Positions 19,398 through 29,289 are shown, numbered from the stretch's first letter. The stretch: 64,000 bases of DNA from Candidatus Altiarchaeales archaeon (GCA_014727915.1 WJMO01000005.1:96001-160000), one strand, 5' to 3'. The notes: a model not told the origin generated them from the letters alone. Numbers and translations are program-made.

Positions 19398-19898
19398 ATG
19401 CAGTACGTCAAGATACCCGAGGACCGGATCGCTGTTCTAATAGGCCCGAAGGGCGCCACGAAGAGGAAGCTGGAGAAGAGGTGCAAGTGCAGGATCGAAG
19501 TGGTCGACGGCGACGTCTCCGTAGAGGGGGATCCATTGGATGAGTGGGTTGGCAAGGACATAGTACAGGCCATAGGACGGGGTTTCACTCCGGAGAAGGC
19601 GCTTCAACTGCTCAACGACGGCCACATGATAGACTTTGTGGACATAGAGGACTATGCGAACACGCCCAAGTCCAGGGAGAGGCTGCGGGGCAGGGTTATC
19701 GGCGAGGCTGGGAGGACCCGGAAGCATTTGGAACGCATGACGGGAACTCTCATATGCGTTTATGGGAATACCGTAGGCGTCATCGGCTCCTACGGGGGCG
19801 TGGCCTTGGCGAAGGAGGCGGTAGAGATGCTTCTCACCGGTAAAAGGCATGCGACAGTCTACAGGTTCATGGAGAACCAGTCCCGGCCCGAACGCTAG
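19398..19898 (+). CDS. KH-domain rRNA-processing protein (Dim2/Pno1 family)
   Basis: RIAVLIGPKG, AIGRGF-x-PE-x-A, GRVIG-x2-GRT and G-x2-H-x2-VY motifs. Confidence 0.9.
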   Translation: MQYVKIPEDRIAVLIGPKGATKRKLEKRCKCRIEVVDGDVSVEGDPLDEWVGKDIVQAIGRGFTPEKALQLLNDGHMIDFVDIEDYANTPKSRERLRGRVIGEAGRTRKHLERMTGTLICVYGNTVGVIGSYGGVALAKEAVEMLLTGKRHATVYRFMENQSRPER

Positions 19899-19980
19899 GA
19901 TGTGTCGTTTTTAACGTTGCATACTTAATACATAGAGTATTTTTCATTTTTTGTTTGTCTTTTTTTTACGGTTGATATGA

Positions 19981-21585
19981 ATGGCAAGGAAGAAGGATGA
20001 GTCGGTCAAGGAGAGGTCTGCGGACGAGCTCTTCAAGGACTTCAAGGAAGTATCGATAACCGAATTCTTCAGGAAGAACAAGGCGCATCTCGGATACTCT
20101 GGCAAGCTCAGGTCCCTTACCACGGTCATCCACGAGCTGGTGACCAACTCGTTGGATGCCTGCGAGGAGGCTGGGATACTGCCTGACATAGAAGTCACGT
20201 TGAAGCAGATGGGCAGTGAGCACTACCGGTTCACATGCCGGGATAACGGCCCCGGGATACCTGAACAGCACATATCCAACGTTTTCGGGAAGATGCTGGC
20301 TGGGACTAAGTTCCATCGCAGCGTTCAGCTGAGGGGACAACAGGGCATCGGAGTCGCTGGTGTGACCTTGTTCAGCCAGATGACTACGGGCAAGCCCGTG
20401 CGAATAATAACGAGCACAGGCAACGGTAAGGTCCATGACATACAACTGATGGTTGATGTCACCAAGAACAGGGCTGACATATTAGAGGATAATGTGATCA
20501 GCCAGAAGTGGAGGGGCACTGAGATACAGGGGGAGCTCAAGGGCGTCCTGTTCAACCTTGGGGAGCGAAGCCCCTACGAGTACATACGGAGGAGCGCCAT
20601 AGCCAACCCCCATCTTAAGATAACTTTTGTCGACCCTGAAGGCAGGAAGAGCGTCTTCGACCGCACTAGCAAGGAGATACCCAAGCCTCCGAAGGAGATG
20701 AAACCCCACCCCAAGGGCATGGACACTGACGAGCTCATAAACAGGGCTAAACGGTCACAGTCCCGGAGGGTTAGCAGCTTCCTGGAGACCGAGTTCTCCA
20801 GGATAAGCAAGTCCAAGGCGGATGAGATACAGGGCATGGTGAACTTCGACTTGAAGAAGAATCCCCGGAAGATGGCATGGGCCGAGGCCGAGGAGATAAC
20901 AAAGGCCTTCGAGGAGATAGACTTCATGGCCCCGCCCGTCGAGGGGCTGAGGCCCATAGGCGAGGAACAGATAGACAAGGCAGTCTTGAAGATATTGAAG
21001 CCAGAGTTCTCGTCGGTTCTCACGAGGAGCCCAACGGTCTACGGCGGCGGAGTCCCCTTCCAGGTGGAGGTTGCCATCGCATACGGGGGGAACTCAGGGA
21101 GGGGCAACAGCGACGATGGCGGTAGAGCCGAGATAATGAGGTTCGCGAACCGAACCCCACTGTTGTTCGACACCGGTGCGTGCGCGATAAACCAGGCTGT
21201 GCAGAGCGTGGACTGGAAGCGCTATGACATACGCGACTTCGACAACAGCCCGGTCACAATATTCGTCAACCTGGTGTCGGTTCACGTGCCTTACACGTCC
21301 GCTGGAAAGCAGAGCGTCAGCTCAGAGGACGAGCTCGTGAAGGAGATCCGGATGGCGTTGATGGACGTCGGCCGCAGGTTCCACAGGTACCACAGCCGGA
21401 TGCGCCGCGAGATAGAGAAGGAGGCGCGGATGAACACGCTGATAAAGTACAGCTCGGAGCTGGCTGCCGCGGTGTCCAAGCTGGCCAGAAAAGACGAGGA
21501 AAAGCTCACAAAAAGCCTTCAAACCCTTATCACCAAGAAGCTGAAGATCGAGTATAAGGCGTTGGAGTCGGAGGATAAGAAATGA
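19981..21585 (+). CDS. top6B: DNA topoisomerase VI subunit B
   Basis: EFFRKN, ELVTNSLDACEE, DNGPGI, RGQQGIG, RFANRTPLLFD and VPYTSAGK motifs. Confidence 0.97.
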   Translation: MARKKDESVKERSADELFKDFKEVSITEFFRKNKAHLGYSGKLRSLTTVIHELVTNSLDACEEAGILPDIEVTLKQMGSEHYRFTCRDNGPGIPEQHISNVFGKMLAGTKFHRSVQLRGQQGIGVAGVTLFSQMTTGKPVRIITSTGNGKVHDIQLMVDVTKNRADILEDNVISQKWRGTEIQGELKGVLFNLGERSPYEYIRRSAIANPHLKITFVDPEGRKSVFDRTSKEIPKPPKEMKPHPKGMDTDELINRAKRSQSRRVSSFLETEFSRISKSKADEIQGMVNFDLKKNPRKMAWAEAEEITKAFEEIDFMAPPVEGLRPIGEEQIDKAVLKILKPEFSSVLTRSPTVYGGGVPFQVEVAIAYGGNSGRGNSDDGGRAEIMRFANRTPLLFDTGACAINQAVQSVDWKRYDIRDFDNSPVTIFVNLVSVHVPYTSAGKQSVSSEDELVKEIRMALMDVGRRFHRYHSRMRREIEKEARMNTLIKYSSELAAAVSKLARKDEEKLTKSLQTLITKKLKIEYKALESEDKK

Positions 21586-22661
21586 CTGACAAGAAGGTGA
21601 TAGCCAAGCTGACGGACTTAGGGGAGAACATAGCGGCGCTGATCGAGAAGAACAAGGTGCCGAAGATACAGGTGCCGCAGAGGGGCTTGAGCAACATCAA
21701 GTTCGACAAGAAGACCAACCTGCTGAGGATGGGCAGCAAGACGTCCACGCGGAACTTCATGAACGTCGCCCACAGCAAGAAGTTCATGCAGACCCTGCTG
21801 ATCGCTTCGAAGTGCCAGGAGCTGGTGGCGAACGGCAAGACCGCCAGCATAAGGGAGTTGTACTACCAGCTGAAGCACACGATCGCGGGCACCAAGGAGA
21901 ACACTTTCGACGACCAGAGCGAATCAGACCCGTTGATAGTGGACTTGGAGACGATGCTGTCGGTGCTGAGAGAGGAGCTGCACCTCAAAGCGGACGACAA
22001 GGGCAAGCTGATAGGCAACATCACCATAGAGGACACGGGTGACGTCATAGACTGCAGCAAGCTTGGCAGGTCCGGCCTGGCAATCCCGAGCATCGTAGAG
22101 CACTACAAGTTCAGGGAGGTCAAGGCCGACTACGCCCTTGTGATAGAGACCGGCGCGATGTTCGACCGGCTGGTGGAGGAGAAATACCCCCAGAAGAACA
22201 ACTGCCTCATGATCGCGACCAGCGGACAGGCTGCCAGGGGCATCCGCCGTCTGGTAAACCGACTTGCGACCGAGGTCAAGATGCCGGTTATAATGTTCAC
22301 GGACGGCGACCCATGGGGTTACTACATATACTCCGTGATGAAGGCCGGCTCGATGGCGTTGGCCCATGAGAGCGAGAGGCTGGGCACTCCCTCCTGCAAG
22401 TTCGTGGGCATGACCATGAGCGACGTAGACGAGTACGGCCTGGAAAAGGTGACCGAAGGCCTCAAGGACGTTGACAAGAAGCGCATAAGCGAGCTGCTGC
22501 AGTATCCGTGGTTCCAGAAGAAGGAGTGGAGGCACCAGCTCAGGCTCATGGAGGAGAAGGGGGTTAGGATAGAGCAGCAGGCCCTTGCCTCGAAGTCCCT
22601 GGAGTTCGTGGCAGAAGAGTATCTCCCGGAGAAGATTAGCTCAGGGAACCTGCTTCCCTAG
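21582..22661 (+). CDS. top6A: DNA topoisomerase VI subunit A
   Basis: SIRELYY catalytic Tyr, FDDQSESD, TOPRIM FTDGDPWG and EQQAL motifs; ATGA-coupled to top6B. Confidence 0.97.
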   Translation: MTDKKVIAKLTDLGENIAALIEKNKVPKIQVPQRGLSNIKFDKKTNLLRMGSKTSTRNFMNVAHSKKFMQTLLIASKCQELVANGKTASIRELYYQLKHTIAGTKENTFDDQSESDPLIVDLETMLSVLREELHLKADDKGKLIGNITIEDTGDVIDCSKLGRSGLAIPSIVEHYKFREVKADYALVIETGAMFDRLVEEKYPQKNNCLMIATSGQAARGIRRLVNRLATEVKMPVIMFTDGDPWGYYIYSVMKAGSMALAHESERLGTPSCKFVGMTMSDVDEYGLEKVTEGLKDVDKKRISELLQYPWFQKKEWRHQLRLMEEKGVRIEQQALASKSLEFVAEEYLPEKISSGNLLP

Positions 22662-22664
22662 AAG

Positions 22665-23657
22665 ATGGATGAAGAAGAGGAGTTCAACCCAGAAGAAGAC
22701 GGCGAAGTGAGAAAGGAACACCTCCTAGCATTGATAATACAAGTATCCGAGATCAGCGACTACGCTGCCGCTCAGAAGATGGACCTGCCCCTTGAGCTGG
22801 TCCGCAAGTGGATGGACGAGCTCAGCGCGGACGGCCTAATCGAGATAGACGAGGTTTTCTCAGACAAGTTCGCCAAGATATCTCCCGAAGGGCTGAAGAA
22901 GGCGAAGGAGGCCAAGGAAGAGTGGATAAGACGCCAGGAAGAGGAGGAAAAGCCCCCCGAGAAGCCCAAGCAGGACCCCAAGAAGGTGGTGGAGGAGCTT
23001 CAGCCCAAGATAAAGGACCTGGCCAAGGATACAGTGTCCACGACCAAGCGGAACTGGGCTGACCTAATGTTCCTCCTCGCGCTGTTGCTGTCCCTGTTCA
23101 TGCTGAAGCTCTTCATAGACAACCCCTCCATGGAGGTTCTGAGCTTCTTCTTGTTCGCTCTGATGATGTCAGTGGTCTTCGTCTTCTACAGCCAGTACCA
23201 GAGGCAGATGAAGACGCGCAAAGTGATAGGCTTCGCCCAGTGGATGATAGAGTGGGTGGAGAAGAGGAAGAACTACGTTGCCTCCGTCATAACCGCCATA
23301 TTCCTGATATACATAGCTATAATGCTGTTCATATACCCCGAGCATAAGGCCATACTGTTCCTGCTAGCGGTCATCGTCGCATCCACTGGGATGGTCATAT
23401 TCTACCCTAAGAAAGAACCCCGGGAAATACTGGCTTTCTATGGGGGTGTCGCCCTTCTGACGTTGGGTCTTATGCTGGTGATGGACTGGCTGAGTCCGAC
23501 CCAATTCTTCTTCGGGAGCAGGGTCAGGATGCTCGACTTCGGCGTCGGCGTGGGCTTGCTTCTCATAGTCCACTTGAACGAGGACATATTCGAGATAAGG
23601 AAGAAGCTCACCTGGGTGGGTGATGCGATCACGAGAGAGCGTCAAAGATCTCTTTAG
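22665..23657 (+). CDS. Membrane protein with N-terminal winged-helix domain
   Basis: ISDYAAAQKMDLPLELVRKWMDELSADGLIEI wHTH, charged linker and about six TM helices. Confidence 0.65.
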   Translation: MDEEEEFNPEEDGEVRKEHLLALIIQVSEISDYAAAQKMDLPLELVRKWMDELSADGLIEIDEVFSDKFAKISPEGLKKAKEAKEEWIRRQEEEEKPPEKPKQDPKKVVEELQPKIKDLAKDTVSTTKRNWADLMFLLALLLSLFMLKLFIDNPSMEVLSFFLFALMMSVVFVFYSQYQRQMKTRKVIGFAQWMIEWVEKRKNYVASVITAIFLIYIAIMLFIYPEHKAILFLLAVIVASTGMVIFYPKKEPREILAFYGGVALLTLGLMLVMDWLSPTQFFFGSRVRMLDFGVGVGLLLIVHLNEDIFEIRKKLTWVGDAITRERQRSL

Positions 23658-24243
23658 CCACTTCCCTTTTCTTGGCGCGTTTTATGTGCTTCACACTCTC
23701 GCCTACCATGTAGACTTCAGTCTCGTCCGATCCGAAGACGTCGTTGCTGACGTCGTTCACCACCACAAGGTCGGAGGTGTCCAGGAGCTTCCTGCCGGCT
23801 TCTATGAGCTCGTCCTCCCTCTTCCTGTATTCGGCCTTGAAAGCGACTATCTTCAGATCCGGATTCCTCTCACGTGCATCGCGGATCAGCTTCCTGGTGG
23901 GCTTTAACTTCAACGTTATGTCCTTCCCCGATCTGATCTTGCCGTCCACCTTCTCCACGGGCGTGTAGTCCGCGAGCGCCGCGGTGGAAACCAGCATATC
24001 ATAACCCTTGTCCAGCTCTGCAAGGGTCTTTTCCGTCATCTCCGCCGATGACACCACTGGTATCACCTTGACGCCGTAGATGGGCTGAAGTGACGTGGGC
24101 CCTAAGACTATGGCGACCTCAAAACCCCTCTTAACGGCCTCTTCAGCCAGTGCGATGCCGGTGGCGCCGCTGCTGGGGTTGGATATGAACCTTATGTCGT
24201 CTATGTGCTCCCTCGTGGGTCCGGCGGTTATCAGGACTTTCAT
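23629..24243 (-). CDS. coaB: Stand-alone phosphopantothenate-cysteine ligase (CoaB half of Dfp)
   Basis: VLITAGPTREHIDDIRFISNPSSG, AALADY, KIRSG, VAFKAE and VVNDV motifs; no CoaC flavoprotein domain. Confidence 0.85.
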   Translation of the reverse strand: MKVLITAGPTREHIDDIRFISNPSSGATGIALAEEAVKRGFEVAIVLGPTSLQPIYGVKVIPVVSSAEMTEKTLAELDKGYDMLVSTAALADYTPVEKVDGKIRSGKDITLKLKPTRKLIRDARERNPDLKIVAFKAEYRKREDELIEAGRKLLDTSDLVVVNDVSNDVFGSDETEVYMVGESVKHIKRAKKREVAKEIFDALS

Positions 24244-24296
24244 TCCAGTCTTTATTGTGAATATTAAATATAATATGGTAAATTGTAGTGTGCAAT

Positions 24297-24491
24297 ATGG
24301 TCTTGAAGGAGCGTGTAGCAGGATTCGATGTCGGGAAGAAATGCCCTAAGAGCATGTTGAACGGGCCTTGCGGTGGCGTAAACAATGGCATGTGCGAGGT
24401 TGAAGGCCAGTGCGTGTGGGTTCGGGTCTACGCAAAGCTCAAGTCAGAGGATAACCTGGACGAGTTCACAAAGGTGAGGTTGCCAAGGTAG
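24297..24491 (+). CDS. Miniature MetV-like (MTHFR C-terminal/accessory) Cys-motif protein
   Basis: CPKSMLNGPCGG-x5-CEV-x3-CVW-x2-VY-x2-L; directly upstream of metF. Confidence 0.75.
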   Translation: MVLKERVAGFDVGKKCPKSMLNGPCGGVNNGMCEVEGQCVWVRVYAKLKSEDNLDEFTKVRLPR

Positions 24492-24497
24492 CATACC

Positions 24498-25382
24498 ATG
24501 AGCGGGCTTTCAGAATCTCTGGGGAAGGGTTTCACAGTGACGACAGAGGTCAAGCCGCCCAGGGGACCGGATACCACAGGGTTCGAGGGGGAGATAGGCA
24601 TGCTAAAGTCTTTGAAGGGCTTGACTGCCGTAAACCTAGTGGACAGCCCCAGCGCCAGGCTTTTCATGAGCTCTCTAGGAGCCAGCATCATGCTCAAGCA
24701 GGCGGGTTTGGAGCCCATCTTCCAGATGGTATGCCGTGACCGGAACATATTGGCGTTGGAGTCCGACCTCATAAGCGCCTCCGCATTCGGGATAGAGAAC
24801 ATACTCGCGTTGACCGGAGACCACCCCAGCAGGGGCGCGAGCGACCACCCGGATGCAAAGCCTGTCTACGACCTGGATTCGACGTCTCTGATAAGGACCA
24901 TATCGTTGATGAACGAGGGCCGGGACATAACTGGGAAGGAGCTTAAGGGAAGCACTGAATTCTATGTGGGTGGTGCCATATCCCCTGGTGTGAATCCCGT
25001 GGAGCCGGAGGTCCTGAAGGTCAAGAGGAAGATGGAAGCGGGCGCTAGATTCTTCCAGACACAGGTAGTCTTCGACCTAGGCGTTGTCGAGGACTTCATG
25101 GAGAAAGCCGATGAAATGGTCGGTGACATACGGGGCAGGGTTTTGGTTGGGATAATACCCCTGGCGTCTGAGCGGATGATAGACTTCCTGAACAGGCTGC
25201 CCGGCATACTCGTGCCCGAAGATGTGGCGTCCAGGGTGGTCAAGGCGGACGACCCTGTCGCAGAAGGTGTTAGCGTCGCGTTGGAGCTCATCGATGGCGT
25301 GAGGTCTGCTGGGATGGCCGGAGCCCACATTATGCCCGTCGGCCGTCTGAACTCTCTCGAGCGCATACTGGCGGACATCTAA
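24498..25382 (+). CDS. metF: Methylenetetrahydrofolate reductase
   Basis: EVKPPRG, EPIFQMVCRDRN, NILALTGDHP, KMEAGARFFQTQ and GAHIM motifs. Confidence 0.92.
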   Translation: MSGLSESLGKGFTVTTEVKPPRGPDTTGFEGEIGMLKSLKGLTAVNLVDSPSARLFMSSLGASIMLKQAGLEPIFQMVCRDRNILALESDLISASAFGIENILALTGDHPSRGASDHPDAKPVYDLDSTSLIRTISLMNEGRDITGKELKGSTEFYVGGAISPGVNPVEPEVLKVKRKMEAGARFFQTQVVFDLGVVEDFMEKADEMVGDIRGRVLVGIIPLASERMIDFLNRLPGILVPEDVASRVVKADDPVAEGVSVALELIDGVRSAGMAGAHIMPVGRLNSLERILADI

Positions 25383-25636
25383 TCGTCTACCTTGTACACT
25401 GAGTCGTGGGGTCTCACACGGTCCAGCACCTTTATCCCTATGCTGTCCCCTGCATTGGCCTCCTCCACGGTCTCCTTCTCCACCTGCATTGAATCGACGG
25501 TCTGGGTGAAGTCTGTCGTGTGCCCGATAATGTGTATCCTGTCCCCTACTTTCAGGCTGCCGTCGACTATCCGGACGGCTGCGACGGAAGGCTTGGCGAA
25601 GAACTGGAAGACCTCCCCCACCTTGGTCTCTGGCAT
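25379..25636 (-). CDS. Small translation-factor (EF-Tu domain 2)-like beta-barrel protein
   Basis: VGEV-x2-FFAKPSVAA...LKVGDRIHIIGHTTDF-x-Q-x-V-x-SMQ...GIKV..RVR..D-x-VY pattern. Confidence 0.8.
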   Translation of the reverse strand: MPETKVGEVFQFFAKPSVAAVRIVDGSLKVGDRIHIIGHTTDFTQTVDSMQVEKETVEEANAGDSIGIKVLDRVRPHDSVYKVDD

Positions 25637-25757
25637 TTGGCATCACCCTGATTAACTATTCCATGAACCCAATAAAAATCGGAATTATTTCAAAAAAATA
25701 CTGAATGTTTTTATACTTTCAATACAAATAGTAGTCAGTGCATGAGGTGGTTGGCTC

Positions 25758-26951
25758 TTGTGCAAGATGAAGTTGGATTTCACACCTGTGTATGTCGCTT
25801 TTGGGTTGAGCCTGGCCACCTACCTAGTCCTTAAGCTGAAGAAGGTCAAGCCTGACGTGAAATTCAACGATGTCAGATTCAACAAGCTGAGGAACGAGAT
25901 CGAGCTCGTCGTCGAGAACATAAGCGACAAGACCCTCTACGTTAAGCCCTCCTTGAGGCTGGTCCGGCTCACGCCCGCTAGCGAATGGAGGGAGAGGACG
26001 TCCAACGGCAACACGCCGGTTCCCATGATGACCGCATCTGCTGGTAGCGTTATAAAGGGCTATGAGCTTATTGGAGAGTATGCTGAGGCGGTTCCCGTGG
26101 AGGCTAAGACTACTATGGTCATAAAATACCCGGTTATGCGGGATTTCGGGCTTAGAGCCTATGATAACATAAAAGTCGACTCTGAGGTTGGTAAGACGCC
26201 CGAGAAGCTGGATGGTTCGGTCACGGGCACGGTCCAGATGAACCTCAGCGACCTTCTATCCGAGGACTTCTGCGATGAGCTCTTGGATGTCTTGGACGAT
26301 TACCTGGGTGCGTCGGAGACTCAGGAAGCCGCATGCGATCTGACTGTGTCGGGGGCTCAGGACCTTGTATTGGATGGTGGGGTCGAGGAGCATCCCGTAG
26401 TCAAGGACGACTCTGACGGGGGGATATTCTTCGATTTCCGGAAGAGCGACTTCCCGGTCCAGGCCATGTGCTACTGCTGTGGTAAGGACAAGTGGCTCAA
26501 CTGGGTAGTCGACGGCAATCACGTATGCGATGACTGCAAGGACTTCCTCTCAGAGGGCGATAAGCCTTCGGGGGCGACTTTCACGGAGGCTTCCCAGAGT
26601 TCCAGCTCCAACGTCACCGACCTTAAGGATGACATGCTTTTTTCGGGGGAGTTCGAGCCTTCAGAGTACGGTGTTGGGATGCTGGACTCCAACACCATCG
26701 AGTTGAAGCCCAGGCACAGGAGGATATTGGACATACTATACGAGGAGAACACACTCTCGGCGAAGGAGCTCGCCAAGAGGCTGGAGCGGAATGAGAAGCC
26801 GGTCTCCACAGACCTGAGATTCCTTTTGAAGAACAACCTCGTTGACAGGGTCAAGATAGGGGGCAAATACAAGTACTTCAGCCTCCGGGACGAGGAGCAG
26901 GTCATCATCTACGACCCAGGCGAGGAATCCGACAACCCAACGTGGACTTAA
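25758..26951 (+). CDS. Membrane-anchored protein with central Cys4 zinc finger and C-terminal ArsR/MarR-like wHTH
   Basis: N-terminal TM helix, CYCC...CDDC, and ILDIL...LSAKELAKRL...VSTDLRFLLKNNLV. Start is TTG 25758 or ATG 25767 after RBS GAGGTGG. Confidence 0.65.
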   Translation: MCKMKLDFTPVYVAFGLSLATYLVLKLKKVKPDVKFNDVRFNKLRNEIELVVENISDKTLYVKPSLRLVRLTPASEWRERTSNGNTPVPMMTASAGSVIKGYELIGEYAEAVPVEAKTTMVIKYPVMRDFGLRAYDNIKVDSEVGKTPEKLDGSVTGTVQMNLSDLLSEDFCDELLDVLDDYLGASETQEAACDLTVSGAQDLVLDGGVEEHPVVKDDSDGGIFFDFRKSDFPVQAMCYCCGKDKWLNWVVDGNHVCDDCKDFLSEGDKPSGATFTEASQSSSSNVTDLKDDMLFSGEFEPSEYGVGMLDSNTIELKPRHRRILDILYEENTLSAKELAKRLERNEKPVSTDLRFLLKNNLVDRVKIGGKYKYFSLRDEEQVIIYDPGEESDNPTWT

Positions 26952-26976
26952 CGCCGCCCGTCCGAGTTAAAAAATC

Positions 26977-27210
26977 CTAGATCAGTTTCCTGACGAGGCT
27001 CAGTCCTTTCCCGACGAACCCCCGCATACGTTTTCCAACGCCGAGCCCCCGGCCTATGAACTTTATGGTTATCCTGTTGACCTTCGGAGGCTTTAGCATG
27101 TCGTCTATCTTGCTGTCCAGTTCCTTCTTCTGGAGGCGTATGATGTCCTTGAGTATCCTGTCCTTTATGGATTCGACCTTTCTCTGGACCTGTCCGACGA
27201 CGCCTATCAT
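26977..27210 (-). CDS. Small basic hypothetical protein (77 aa)
   Basis: ATG 27210 overlaps the upstream TGA (ATGA) and the ORF fills the gap; amphipathic Lys/Arg-rich sequence. Confidence 0.55.
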   Translation of the reverse strand: MIGVVGQVQRKVESIKDRILKDIIRLQKKELDSKIDDMLKPPKVNRITIKFIGRGLGVGKRMRGFVGKGLSLVRKLI

Positions 27211-27677
27211 CTTGAATTTGCCGCTAGGGCCTTGTAGTCCAGGGCGTTCTGCTTTATGCTCTCTATCTCCTCCGCCCCCAGCTGCCTCTTCACAACGGCG
27301 GGGTTGCCGACAGCAAGGGAACCTGCGGGTATGATCGTGTTCTCCGTCACGACCGAAGCGGCCATCACAACGGAGTTCGCCCCTATCTTGCAACCGTTCA
27401 TCAGTATTGTGCCCATACCTATCAGAGTGTTATCCCCGATCTCGGCTCCGTGCACTTTTGCTCCGTGGCCTATCGTGACGTAATCCCCTATCCTGACAGG
27501 AAAATGCTCCGGGCTGTGTATGACGCAGCAGTCCTGGATGTTCGTGCATTTCCCCACGATTATCCTGTTCCTGTCACCCCTCAAAACCGCGTTATACCAG
27601 ACACTAGAGTGCGCGTCAAGGGCGACCTTTCCTATCACCCTGGCTCCCTCCGCTATGAAGACCGTCTCATCGATCAA
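27207..27677 (-). CDS. Gamma-carbonic anhydrase family (hexapeptide repeat) protein
   Basis: WYNAVLRGD, TNIQDCCVIH, TIGHGAKVHG His ligands and hexapeptide repeats. Confidence 0.9.
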   Translation of the reverse strand: MIDETVFIAEGARVIGKVALDAHSSVWYNAVLRGDRNRIIVGKCTNIQDCCVIHSPEHFPVRIGDYVTIGHGAKVHGAEIGDNTLIGMGTILMNGCKIGANSVVMAASVVTENTIIPAGSLAVGNPAVVKRQLGAEEIESIKQNALDYKALAANSR

Positions 27678-27683
27678 CTCGGA

Positions 27684-28097
27684 TCACCTGCTGGACACGG
27701 GCCTCCCGTTGCCGTCCAAGACGAGTGGCACCACGATTATCGTCAGCCTTGGAAGGCCCTTCTTGAACCTTATGGTGTTTATCTCCTCCGCCCTAAGCAG
27801 AGTCTCATCGCTCACTACTATGCAGTCGACGCCGGGGTCGATGGTGGCTATGCCGTAGCTGTCGTTTATCTCGACCACGTCATACGGCTTTCCATAGTCT
27901 TTGACGAGGTCTTCCAGGGCTCTGCTGCGCTCGCTGTATGGCGACACGTCACGTGTCCTGAAACGACGCGCGAAATCGTCGCTTGTCAAACCTAAAACCA
28001 CGGATTCTGCGTTTTCAAAGGCTGTGCTCACTATCTTCCGGTGGCCTTCGTGCAGGCCGTCAAACGTCCCCCCAACCACGATCCTCTTGAACATCAC
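27684..28097 (-). CDS. coaD: Archaeal phosphopantetheine adenylyltransferase
   Basis: VGGTFD-x-LH-x-GH, GLTSD, D-x-YG, IVVS-x-ET, IN-x2-R-x3-GL and VSS motifs. Confidence 0.9.
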   Translation of the reverse strand: MMFKRIVVGGTFDGLHEGHRKIVSTAFENAESVVLGLTSDDFARRFRTRDVSPYSERSRALEDLVKDYGKPYDVVEINDSYGIATIDPGVDCIVVSDETLLRAEEINTIRFKKGLPRLTIIVVPLVLDGNGRPVSSR

Positions 28098-28170
28098 ATA
28101 ATCAATATGAGCCCTTGTATAAGAGCTGAGCGGGTGTTTTTTTAAAGCTCACAGCCTATATATTTGGACT

Positions 28171-29289
28171 ATGTTAGATGGCATGTACGCTGCTTTAACC
28201 GATAGGATAGGATATCGCAAGCTCATATTCGTCCCTCCCATAGTGGCTGTCATACTATTGGCCTTCGTTTTAGCCAACGGTTTGGAGTATGGTATCGACT
28301 TCAAGGGCGGCACTTGGATGGATGTCCTCACAGAGAAAAACATTGACTCCGGGGATTTGAGCCAGTTGGAATCCGACCTGCAGGCTGCAGGCTTCTCGGA
28401 CGTCAAAGCCCACGTGGGATTCGACGTTGACACCGGATTGAACAAGCTCACAGTCCAGACGACCACGGTCATAGATGACAAGGAGGCTGTGGAAGGCATT
28501 ATATCATCCTATGTGGGGGAACTTACAGAATACGATACCGCCTCTGCTCCAGTGGCTGAGAAGCCTCCGGTCGAGCTGGAGGAAAAGCTTGTTAAGAGGC
28601 TTAAGCATGGCGTGGACCTGGATTATGCGGAGGGCACATTAACTGTTGTGGGCCTGGATCTGAGCAAGGAAGACCTGGACAGCGCACTCACATACTACCT
28701 GCAACAGGACATTGACGTGGACTTGACGAAGAAGAACTTCAACCTCCGCTCCGTCGGCCCCACCCTCGGGAAGACGTTCAGGGAGCAGGGCTTCAAGGCA
28801 TTGGGCGTTGCACTCCTTCTGATGGGAGTCGTCGTATTCCTGGCGTTCAAAGACCTCATACCCTCTATCGCGGTCATACAGGCTGCCGTATGCGACGTCC
28901 TTATAGCGGTTGGGGGCATGAGCCTATTGGGCATACCAATGGAGCCAGCTTCGCTGGCTGCGTTGCTGATGCTTATCGGATATTCGGTGGACACTGACAT
29001 AATGCTGACTGCTCGGACGCTGAAGGACAGGTCGGTCGGCATCGTCGACCGGATGGACGACGCCATGAAGACCGGGCTCACGATGACCGGAACGACATTG
29101 TCTGTCATGGTGATAGTCTACATAATATCCAACACGCTAACCCAGATCACCACCCTCAGCAGCATAGCGGCGGTGCTCATAATCGGATTGTTGGCCGACA
29201 TATCAACCACATGGTTCACCAACGCGGGCATACTGCGCTGGTACCTTGAGGTCCCAGGCCGTAAGGTGAGGTTGTTCAGGCGAAGATGA
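28171..29289 (+). CDS. secF: Protein translocase subunit SecF
   Basis: GIDFKGG, VGPTLG and LMLIGYSVDTDIMLT motifs. Confidence 0.92.
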   Translation: MLDGMYAALTDRIGYRKLIFVPPIVAVILLAFVLANGLEYGIDFKGGTWMDVLTEKNIDSGDLSQLESDLQAAGFSDVKAHVGFDVDTGLNKLTVQTTTVIDDKEAVEGIISSYVGELTEYDTASAPVAEKPPVELEEKLVKRLKHGVDLDYAEGTLTVVGLDLSKEDLDSALTYYLQQDIDVDLTKKNFNLRSVGPTLGKTFREQGFKALGVALLLMGVVVFLAFKDLIPSIAVIQAAVCDVLIAVGGMSLLGIPMEPASLAALLMLIGYSVDTDIMLTARTLKDRSVGIVDRMDDAMKTGLTMTGTTLSVMVIVYIISNTLTQITTLSSIAAVLIIGLLADISTTWFTNAGILRWYLEVPGRKVRLFRRR

